DNA of 64,000 nucleotides, from NCBI GenBank assembly GCA_903904605.1, contig CAIVDC010000135.1:7173-71172 (forward strand), read 5' to 3'. Positions 57,338-64,000 of the stretch are shown in pieces. Below the pieces are notes generated by a model. The model was not told where the DNA came from. It made no database searches and saw only the letters and a program-made list of their open reading frames with translations. The stretch's first letter is position 1. Each line of letters starts with the position of its first letter. This stretch comes from an uncultured Sterolibacterium sp. (lineage in GTDB: Bacteria > Pseudomonadota > Gammaproteobacteria > Burkholderiales > Rhodocyclaceae). The position numbers were made by a program, and so were the translations under genes.

Positions 57338-57948
57338 TCGCCAGTCACGGAAGCACGGGTCTTTCGTTGCGGAATGGCTTCGCCCTCCGCGGAAAAAAGT
57401 CCCGCCAGGGTCTTCTCGAGCGCCTTGACTCCTTCCGGCACCTCGATCTCCATGACCTGATCATAGACCCAGGTCTTGTCCTTTTCCGGCACGCCTTCCC
57501 GGATTCGGCTCGCGAAGCAGCGGCGAAAGCCGAAGTCCGGGCCCTCGGCGCCGTATTCGAAGCAGGCGTAGTCGGCTCCCGCGCGGTTGAACAGATCGAG
57601 GAAGTGCCGCTGGCAGGCTCCGGACGGTGAACTTACGATCAGCATGTCGGCATTGTCCTCGACCACCTCGGCCAAGCGCTTTGCCAGTGCCGCGGTGAAT
57701 TCCGCCCTCTGCTCCTCAGCCAGATCGCGGTAGGCGATGCGATCGGCTAGGTGGGCGAAAAAGGCGAGATACTCGCAGACGAAATCGAAATACGAGCGAC
57801 CGAGGTCAATGTCGAACTGGGCTTCGCGCATGCGCTTGATCGAATCTATCGCCAGCTTCCAGGCGAGCATGGCGACAACGCTGGCCAAGGCGGCCTGGCT
57901 GCGCGGCTTGCCCCGTGAATGGAAATTGCTCCTGATGCGTATCGCCAT
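57334..57948 (-). CDS. Hypothetical 204-aa protein, translationally coupled to the TauD-like gene
   Basis: The ORF has good GC3. Its stop overlaps the downstream start by 4 nt. I recognise no family. Confidence 0.6.
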   Translation of the reverse strand: MAIRIRSNFHSRGKPRSQAALASVVAMLAWKLAIDSIKRMREAQFDIDLGRSYFDFVCEYLAFFAHLADRIAYRDLAEEQRAEFTAALAKRLAEVVEDNADMLIVSSPSGACQRHFLDLFNRAGADYACFEYGAEGPDFGFRRCFASRIREGVPEKDKTWVYDQVMEIEVPEGVKALEKTLAGLFSAEGEAIPQRKTRASVTGD

Positions 57949-57971
57949 TTGTCAGATCCAAGTTTTAAGTT

Positions 57972-58148
57972 TCATTCACCACCGACGTCGCCAAGGAACG
58001 CCGAAATCAGCATGTTGCGAAAGTCGGCGGGGCCCTCTGCGACCCGGAATTGATCCGCCAGTTCGCGCCTGCCGACCGCTCCAGGGCCTTCCAGGTGCCC
58101 TCGCTCGACCGGCCGGTCCACCTCGAGAGGCGTGTCCGTCGGCGTCAC
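57972..58148 (-). CDS. Possible unannotated 58-codon ORF (below the ORF-track size cut-off)
   Basis: The GTG start at 58148 overlaps the stop of the upstream GGDEF gene (GGTGA). The ORF fills the 196-nt gap and has GC-rich third positions. It translates to MTPTDTPLEVDRPVERGHLEGPGAVGRRELADQFRVAEGPADFRNMLISAFLGDVGGE. Confidence 0.25.
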   Translation of the reverse strand: MTPTDTPLEVDRPVERGHLEGPGAVGRRELADQFRVAEGPADFRNMLISAFLGDVGGE

Positions 58149-60088
58149 CCGTCATAGAACCGAACCGAATTGTGCCCTTCCTTCCGCGCCTGAAACATCG
58201 CCGTGACCGCCCGGGTGAAGATGTCGTCCTGGCTGGCTTCGAGATCGCCGAACAGCGCCACACCAACGCTTGCCGTGCAGCGAAGCTCGACAGCAGTTCC
58301 CCCCGTTTCAGGAGACTGGACGGTCAACACATAGAGGCCGGACAACGCGCCGCGGATTTTTTCGGCAATGCTGCCGGCTTGTGCAAGCGACACGGACTTA
58401 TCCGCATCCAGTTCGCTGATCATCACTACGAATTCTCCACGGCCGAAGCGCGCCACGGTATCCATATCGCGTATGCAGGCTTTCAGTCGATCGGCGGTTT
58501 CGATCAAGAGCAGATCGACAACGGTATGCCCGTATAGGTCGCTTATCGCCTTGAACTGGTCGAGAACGAGAAACATGATGGCGCCGCGGCAGCCACTGCG
58601 CTTGCCGGCCGCAATGACCAGGCTAAATCGGTCGTTGAACAGACGACGTTTCGGCAAGTTGGTGAGCGCGTCGTAGAACAGCAGGTGACGCGCTTGTTCT
58701 GCCTTCTTCTTCCGCTCGGTGACATCTCGGAAAAGGATCGCGGCGCCGCTCGCCTCGCCCTCTCCCCTGATGGTCGCGACCCTGTATTCCACTTGAAAAG
58801 CCGTTCCGTCCTTGCGCCAGTAGACATCCTTGTTGAACTGGCGCTCCGTTCCATCGCTACCGGTCCCGGGACGGCTCAGGGTGCTGTGCAGCTTGCAGTC
58901 GGAAGCCGGATATCCGATGCCGTCGGCATGGAAGTGGTTCCGATGGGCGAGTATGTGGAAATTGGTACCGACAACCTCGTCTTCTCGCCACCCCAGTATC
59001 CGCTGCGCGGCTGGATTGATGAAATCCACGAGCCCCTCGGCGTCAACGCCGCAGATGCCTTCGCTGGCGGAATTGAGCAGCACTTCATATCGGTGTGCAT
59101 GCAGCTGCGACTCTGACCGCGCGGCTTCCAGGATCTTCTGCGTCCGCTGCTGCCTGAAATACAGCAAGCCGAGCATGACCACGAACACCAGAGTCATATT
59201 CCAGGCGATCAGGGTCTGGATGACCCAGGGACGAAGGTAGTCGTCGCGCGCCAAGCCGACCACCACCACCAACGGATAGTGCTGCGTGCGGCTGAAGGCG
59301 GTGGTCCGCGCCACGTTGTCGACGGAATAGACGAAGTCCATAACCCCGGACATTTCTCCGGAGAAAATGCGCGCGGCGAAAGCCGAACTGACTGGTCGGT
59401 TGATCATTCCTGCGATCTCCGGCCGGCGCAGCATCAGGCGGGCGGTATCGCTGCGGCGCAGCGAAATCACTCCTTTTGCGCCAATCTCGGGACCATCTAT
59501 CAAGCGTTGCATGTGCGAGAGATCCAGAACGGCATTGACCGCCCCGAGAAGATGCCCATCCGTCCCGCGGATCGGCACGGCGACGACAACGGTCCGCGCG
59601 GCCGGGCCGTTGCCGACAATGACTTCCGATATGGCGAGGGCCTTGGCGGGATCGTCTTTCAGCGAACGAAACCATTCGCGATCGCTGAAATTGAGCCTCG
59701 TTGCCTCAGCGTTTCCCGCGCCTAAAATGTAGTCGCCCCCGGCCGTGAACACCTGGTAGTTGGAAATCTCGGGGAAACGGGTCAGATGGGACGCCATGAG
59801 CGATTCGATCTCGTCATGCCTCTGCTTCGTCAGGCCGCCGGAGAAATCTCCTGATTTCAGCGAGCTCGAGACACCAAGCATGTAGCTCTCGGCCCGACCG
59901 ATCGTTTCTTCGACGGCCAGGCGAATGGCTTCGGCGAGATTGTCGGCGTTCGTTTCTGCTTCACGGTGAAAACGTTCGTAGCTCAGGGCAGATAAGCCGA
60001 CGTCCAGCAAGAGGAATGCCACCAAGCCCGCAACAAAAATAGTCGACTGCCAATGCGCTTTCCGTAATGCGGTGGGGGAAGATGGCAT
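58145..60088 (-). CDS. Membrane sensor with a periplasmic Cache-like domain, a PAS domain and a degenerate GGDEF domain
   Basis: 647 aa. It has two TM helices flanking a periplasmic region of about 270 aa, then a PAS region (LLNSASEGICGVD). The GGDEF domain has a GRGEF active-site motif instead of GG(D/E)EF, while an RxxD (RDMD) is retained 5 residues upstream. Confidence 0.85.
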   Translation of the reverse strand: MPSSPTALRKAHWQSTIFVAGLVAFLLLDVGLSALSYERFHREAETNADNLAEAIRLAVEETIGRAESYMLGVSSSLKSGDFSGGLTKQRHDEIESLMASHLTRFPEISNYQVFTAGGDYILGAGNAEATRLNFSDREWFRSLKDDPAKALAISEVIVGNGPAARTVVVAVPIRGTDGHLLGAVNAVLDLSHMQRLIDGPEIGAKGVISLRRSDTARLMLRRPEIAGMINRPVSSAFAARIFSGEMSGVMDFVYSVDNVARTTAFSRTQHYPLVVVVGLARDDYLRPWVIQTLIAWNMTLVFVVMLGLLYFRQQRTQKILEAARSESQLHAHRYEVLLNSASEGICGVDAEGLVDFINPAAQRILGWREDEVVGTNFHILAHRNHFHADGIGYPASDCKLHSTLSRPGTGSDGTERQFNKDVYWRKDGTAFQVEYRVATIRGEGEASGAAILFRDVTERKKKAEQARHLLFYDALTNLPKRRLFNDRFSLVIAAGKRSGCRGAIMFLVLDQFKAISDLYGHTVVDLLLIETADRLKACIRDMDTVARFGRGEFVVMISELDADKSVSLAQAGSIAEKIRGALSGLYVLTVQSPETGGTAVELRCTASVGVALFGDLEASQDDIFTRAVTAMFQARKEGHNSVRFYDG

Positions 60089-60256
60089 TCAAGCTGGGCA
60101 GGTTGGTCGGGTATCGCGGCATTGTAACGGAATAGCTTAGGCTTTAATGATAGTCATATCGATAACTGGAGCTGGGCGGTGCAAAGCTTCCGCCTTCAAC
60201 GCCCGCCGCTGCAAACCTTTGCCCTGATCATAAGGACAGACGCTTGACGGGACGAT

Positions 60257-60589
60257 TCAATAGCCGCCTTTGCCGTAGGGCTGCGGCAGACCGGCCACCT
60301 TGCAGCCCTGCTTGGCCGGGCCGATGGGAAACAAGTCGTAGAGCGTCTTGCTGTCGCAGCCCGGGATGACTTCCTCCCCCACCGCCTTCAGCATGGCGCG
60401 GAAATTCGGGGTATGGCCTTCATCGCGATACTTGTCGCGCAGGAAGCCCACGATCTTCCAATGATCGTCGGTGAGTTCAATTCCCTCCGCGGCGGCGATG
60501 ACCTGCACCGCCTCATCGCTGAAGTCCGGCTCCAGCAGATAACCGTCGGCGTCGGTTTCCTTCTCCACGCCATTGATGACATAGCTCAT
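60257..60589 (-). CDS. DsrC/TusE-family protein lacking the penultimate C-terminal cysteine
   Basis: 110 aa. It has the family pattern DHWKIVGFLRDKY...FPIGPAKQGCKVAGLP. The tail is PQPYGKGGY instead of the canonical PKPTGC(V/I) arm. Confidence 0.8.
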   Translation of the reverse strand: MSYVINGVEKETDADGYLLEPDFSDEAVQVIAAAEGIELTDDHWKIVGFLRDKYRDEGHTPNFRAMLKAVGEEVIPGCDSKTLYDLFPIGPAKQGCKVAGLPQPYGKGGY

Positions 60590-60602
60590 GGTTGTCCTCC
60601 CT

Positions 60603-61082
60603 TCAGGTTTTTATCAGATAAAACTCGTGAGTACCGCGTCCGGCCTCGACCGCTGCCTCCAGTTCGATGGAGCCGCCCTTGGCCCAGGCGCGGACGTCGG
60701 CGGGCGTGCCGGGACAGTTGCTGATGAGCAGCAATACCTCGCCCCCGTGCATCGCATCGAGCAGTTTTTTCGCCTCGACGATGGGACCGGGACAGGTGAC
60801 GCCGCGCATGTCCAGCGTGACATTGACATGACGTTTCTCGCCGCCGCCCTTGCGTATGGTGAATGCGGTCTTGCCTCCCTCCCGTTTCTCGGTCAGAAGA
60901 ACTTCGTTGCCGGTGACCCGAGCCCAGGCGGCAAGGTCATCGGGCGTGCCGGGACAGTCGGAGATGAGCACCAGGGTCTGTCCTGGCAGAAGGTCATCGA
61001 CCACGCGCTTGGCGCCGACCAGCGGCGCCGGGCAGGTCATGCCTGAGAAGTCGAGTGTCGCCACAACGGTTTCCATAGTCAT
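60603..61082 (-). CDS. Tandem two-domain TusA/SirA-like sulfur carrier
   Basis: 159 aa. It has two repeats, each with the TusA Cys motif: FSGMTCPAPLVGAKR and MRGVTCPGPIVEAKK. Confidence 0.8.
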   Translation of the reverse strand: MTMETVVATLDFSGMTCPAPLVGAKRVVDDLLPGQTLVLISDCPGTPDDLAAWARVTGNEVLLTEKREGGKTAFTIRKGGGEKRHVNVTLDMRGVTCPGPIVEAKKLLDAMHGGEVLLLISNCPGTPADVRAWAKGGSIELEAAVEAGRGTHEFYLIKT

Positions 61083-61092
61083 CCTCTATAGA

Positions 61093-61692
61093 TTAAGTCG
61101 AACCGACGGCGTTTGCCGTCCGGTGCGGAACAAAAATGCCACAGCCGAGTTTGCGCGCCTCGCCCAAGCCCAGTTGCTGAATGACGAGGGAATGCGCCGC
61201 CGTCAGACCATGCAGCATCAGCCTGAAGCCGCGGATCTCCCCGCCCTCAGCCGTCTTGACCTGGGCCCGCCCGCAGACCAGGCTGCAGTTGACGCCGATT
61301 TCGCCTAGGCGTGCGGTGCACAGGGCGAGGAACTCTTCCTCCCCGGCGCAGGCGAATACGACACAGGGGGAATACTGTGCCGATGAAGCAATAAGAGCGC
61401 GCTGACGCGCTTCGCCGATAGCGATGGCGCCGCCCAGATCCAGTTGCTGGCCACTCAAGGCAAGGGCTGCCGCGACCCGATGCTGCGGCAGGCGCAGCGT
61501 CAGCCGCGCACGGTGGCTCAGGTAGAGGGTGCCGTCGCCGGCACTGGTTCCGGCGATCGGCAGAATGCCGGCCGCGGGCTCATCCTCCAGCCACGGCAGC
61601 ATTGTCCGCAAGGACTGCCACAAGAGCGTCGCATAATCCGGCCTGACGGCACTGCCGGAGAGCGGGAAAACCAAGTCGATCGCATCTTTCAT
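61093..61692 (-). CDS. Cas6/Cmx6-like RAMP-family protein (orphan, no CRISPR or other cas genes in the window)
   Basis: The start is at M17 of the track ORF (MKDAIDLVFPLSG) and overlaps the upstream stop as ATGA. It is about 200 aa. The N-terminus resembles subtype MYXAN Cas6. The C-terminus carries a glycine-rich loop matching GhGxxxxxGhG (GLGEARKLGCG), followed by IFVP. Confidence 0.55.
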   Translation of the reverse strand: MKDAIDLVFPLSGSAVRPDYATLLWQSLRTMLPWLEDEPAAGILPIAGTSAGDGTLYLSHRARLTLRLPQHRVAAALALSGQQLDLGGAIAIGEARQRALIASSAQYSPCVVFACAGEEEFLALCTARLGEIGVNCSLVCGRAQVKTAEGGEIRGFRLMLHGLTAAHSLVIQQLGLGEARKLGCGIFVPHRTANAVGST

Positions 61693-61907
61693 GCCGGCTT
61701 CTCCTGTGTTTGCGACCACTCGACCATGGCCCGCCCCCAACGCTCGGCGCTGCCCGGATCGATGTCAAAGACGGTGAAGCGGCTGCCCTCGCGAATGCGC
61801 ACCCGCATGAGCGGCATGCCGCCGGATTCATAGATGATCTGCTGCAGTTCGATTCCTTGCTTGCCGATGGGCAAGATGAACTTGTCCAGGCTGATAATAT
61901 TATCCAC
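61689..61907 (-). CDS. Hypothetical 72-aa protein, first gene of the operon divergent from dsrA
   Basis: It is an ORF coupled by ATGA to the Cas6-like gene. I recognise no family. Confidence 0.5.
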   Translation of the reverse strand: MDNIISLDKFILPIGKQGIELQQIIYESGGMPLMRVRIREGSRFTVFDIDPGSAERWGRAMVEWSQTQEKPA

Positions 61908-62117
61908 TGAGTCTCCTTCTCCACGCTAGACTATCGCATCTTGGCCTCCCTGCCAGCCATCACCGCGTTGGCGTGCCAGGTCATACTCCATTCGGGTAGC
62001 TATGAGTACCCCCACAAGGGGGGACAGACTACCTTCCACGGGTATGGTTTGTGCACCGCACAGATCCTTAACATTCGACAAGCCTTATATACTTTCAAAA
62101 CAAAGGAGACAATTCCC

Positions 62118-63413
62118 ATGGCCAAGAAACCTCACGCCACGCCGAATCTTGACCAGCTCGAGAGCGGTCCCTGGCCCAGCTTCGTTACCGGCCTGAAGCG
62201 TCTGGCCGAAGACAAGGATTCTGTTGTCGATCTGCTCGGCCATCTCGAGCATTCCTACCAGACCCGCAAGGGTTACTGGAAGGGCGGCACGGTCGGCGTC
62301 ATCGGCTACGGCGGCGGCGTCATCCCGCGCTTCACCGAGATCAAGGACGAGCACAACAAGCCCGTGTTTCCCGATGCCGCCGAGTTCCATACCCTGCGCA
62401 TCATGCCGCCCGGCGGCATGCACTACGACACCAAGACTCTGCGCCAGTTCTGCGACATCTGGGAACGGCACGGCACCGGCCTGATCGCCTTTCACGGCCA
62501 GTCGGGCGACATCATGTTCCAGGGCGTCACCTCCGAGAACACCCAGAAGGCATTCGACGAAATCAACGAGATGGGTTTCGACATGGGCGGCGCCGGTCCT
62601 TCGGTGCGCACGTCAATGTCGTGCGTCGGCGCTGCGCGCTGCGAGCAGTCCTGCTTCGACGAAGCGCGGGCGCTGCGATCCATGGTCAATGCCAACCTCG
62701 ACGATCTGCACCGTCCGGCCCTGCCCTACAAGTTCAAGTTCAAGTTCTCCGGCTGCTCCAACGACTGCATGAATTCCATACAGCGCTCGGACATGGCGGT
62801 AATCGGCACCTGGCGCGACAACATGCGCACCGATGAGGTACTGGCGAAAAAGTGGTTCGCCAAGCATGGCATGAACGAAATGGTCAATGACGTCATTGCC
62901 CGCTGCCCGACCAAGGCTATCCAGTTGAAGGAGATCAAGGCGGTGAAGTCCGGCGCCAGCATTTCCAGCGTCGCGGTCAGCGACAGCCTGGCCCTGGAAA
63001 TCGACAACAAGGATTGCGTTCGCTGCATGCACTGCATCAATGTCATGACCGGAGCCCTGGCCTCCGGCACCGACAAGGGCGCGACCATCCTCGTCGGCGG
63101 CAAGCGGACGCTCAAGATCGGCGATCTGATGGGCACCGTGGCCGTTCCATTCTTCAGACTGCAGAACGATGAGGACTACGAACAGTTGGTCGAACTGGGG
63201 CAGAAGATCATCGAGTTCTTTGCCGAGAACGCCTTGGAACACGAGCGCACCGGCGAGATGATCGAGCGCATCGGTCTGGTCAACTTCCTCGAGGGCCTTG
63301 ATCTCGACATCGATGCCAACATGGTATCGGCGCCGCGCACCAATCCCTACGTGCGCATGGACGGCTGGGACGAAGAGGTTGCCAAGATCAACGCCAAGAA
63401 GGCCGCCGCGTAA
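62118..63413 (+). CDS. dsrA: Dissimilatory sulfite reductase alpha subunit
   Basis: The start is at M60 of the track ORF (MAKKPHATPNLDQLESGPWPSF), after AAAGGAG. DsrA blocks are present (YWKGGTVGVIGYGGG), along with sirohaem/FeS Cys clusters (CVGAARCEQSC, SGCSNDC) and a ferredoxin-like insert (CVRCMHC). Confidence 0.92.
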   Translation: MAKKPHATPNLDQLESGPWPSFVTGLKRLAEDKDSVVDLLGHLEHSYQTRKGYWKGGTVGVIGYGGGVIPRFTEIKDEHNKPVFPDAAEFHTLRIMPPGGMHYDTKTLRQFCDIWERHGTGLIAFHGQSGDIMFQGVTSENTQKAFDEINEMGFDMGGAGPSVRTSMSCVGAARCEQSCFDEARALRSMVNANLDDLHRPALPYKFKFKFSGCSNDCMNSIQRSDMAVIGTWRDNMRTDEVLAKKWFAKHGMNEMVNDVIARCPTKAIQLKEIKAVKSGASISSVAVSDSLALEIDNKDCVRCMHCINVMTGALASGTDKGATILVGGKRTLKIGDLMGTVAVPFFRLQNDEDYEQLVELGQKIIEFFAENALEHERTGEMIERIGLVNFLEGLDLDIDANMVSAPRTNPYVRMDGWDEEVAKINAKKAAA

Positions 63414-63446
63414 AGCGAGCCTCACCATTCACCGGAGACTACTGAC

Positions 63447-64000
63447 ATGGCTCAAGCTCAAATCCGTCGCGCGATCGAATCCGGCGTACCGGACCACATG
63501 CCCCTGCTGCACCCGAAGCTGGCGAAGAACTACGGCAACTGGAAGTACCATGACCGGCCCCGCCCCGGCGTCTTGCACCATGTATCGCATACGGGCGACG
63601 AGGTGTGGACGGTGCGCGCCGGCACGCAGCGGCAGATGGACGTATTCACCATTCGCACCCTGTGCGACATCGCCGACCAGTTTGCAGAAGGACACGTCCG
63701 CTTCACCATCCGATCCAACATCGAATTCATGGTCAGCAGCGAAGCCCAGGTCGCGCCGCTGATCGCTGCTCTGGGGAAGCACGGCTTCCCGGTCGGCGGC
63801 ACCGGCAATTCAATTTCGATGATCTCGCACACCCAGGGCTGGCTGCATTGCGACATTCCCGGCACCGACGCATCGGGCGTGGTCAAGTCGCTGATGGACG
63901 AACTGCATGAGGAGTTCATCCGCGAGGAGATGCCCAACCGCGTGCACATATCCACCTCCTGCTGCGAAATCAACTGCGGCGGCCAGGCCGACATCGCCAT
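63447..64000 (+). CDS. dsrB: Dissimilatory sulfite reductase beta subunit (N-terminal 184 codons; runs off the window)
   Basis: Not in the ORF track because there is no stop in the window. The ATG lies 33 nt after the dsrA stop. It translates to MAQAQIRRAIESGVPDHMPLLHPKLAKNYGNWKYH...HTQGWLHCDIPGTDASG...STSCCEINCGGQADIA, which are typical DsrB blocks. Confidence 0.88.
   Translation, partial: MAQAQIRRAIESGVPDHMPLLHPKLAKNYGNWKYHDRPRPGVLHHVSHTGDEVWTVRAGTQRQMDVFTIRTLCDIADQFAEGHVRFTIRSNIEFMVSSEAQVAPLIAALGKHGFPVGGTGNSISMISHTQGWLHCDIPGTDASGVVKSLMDELHEEFIREEMPNRVHISTSCCEINCGGQADIA

Noticed and set aside
60090-62117. Search for CRISPR repeats or other cas genes around the Cas6-like gene.
   Set aside because: No regularly spaced direct repeats of 25-40 nt are visible in the flanking intergenic regions or anywhere else in the window. 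All neighbours have non-cas identities.
61941-62117. N-terminal extension of dsrA as given by the track ORF (non-ATG start at 61941).
   Set aside because: The extension has no similarity to DsrA N-termini. The conserved MAKKPHATP..LDQLESGPWPSF begins at 62118, directly after AAAGGAG.

Overview
This is a high-GC (about 65%) chromosomal segment. Its gene content and order are typical of a betaproteobacterial (Rhodocyclales/Nitrosomonadales-like) facultative sulfur oxidiser. That placement rests on gene families and synteny only, not on a database search. No rRNA, tRNA, transposase, integrase or CRISPR array was seen.

Gene content, left to right:
- PAS sensor (partial) and an HD-GYP response regulator.
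- A 9-gene alternative chemosensory cluster: cheY, MCP, STAS, cheA (split), MCP, cheW, cheR, cheB, cheD.
- PHA genes: phaR, phaB, phaB, phaC.
- Housekeeping genes: pgeF, rluD, bamD.
- A block of fatty-acid/acyl-CoA genes.
- A discrete 4-gene operon: a cytoplasmic M6 metalloprotease, two ATP-grasp paralogs (one degenerate) and a 100-aa protein.
- Aldehyde dehydrogenase and enoyl-CoA hydratase.
- A periplasmic redox group: cytochrome c, a Tat-exported TPP enzyme, cytochrome c, a collagen-like lipoprotein and a PQQ quinohemoprotein.
- A hybrid histidine kinase.
- A GntR-UbiD-SBP group.
- bamC and dapA, then an HDAC-like gene.
- MoxR-DUF58-transglutaminase, then mltB.
- The classic surE-pcm-nlpD-rpoS run.
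- A TauD-like dioxygenase pair.
- A degenerate GGDEF sensor.
- A sulfur-relay-like operon (72-aa protein, orphan Cas6/Cmx6-like protein, tandem TusA, DsrC-like protein), divergent from dsrA and dsrB (partial).

Two edge genes are absent from the supplied ORF track because they have no stop codon in the window: the PAS sensor at 1-356 and dsrB at 63447-64000. Both were recovered by direct translation.

Most interesting candidates:
- The M6-protease/ATP-grasp operon.
- The orphan Cas6-like gene inside a TusA/DsrC-like operon next to dsrAB.
- The Tat-exported TPP enzyme flanked by two c-type cytochromes.
- A CheA that carries a tandem MshEN-like (c-di-GMP receptor) motif and is interrupted by a frameshift at a G4 run.

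All functional calls come from motif recognition by eye. No searches were run.
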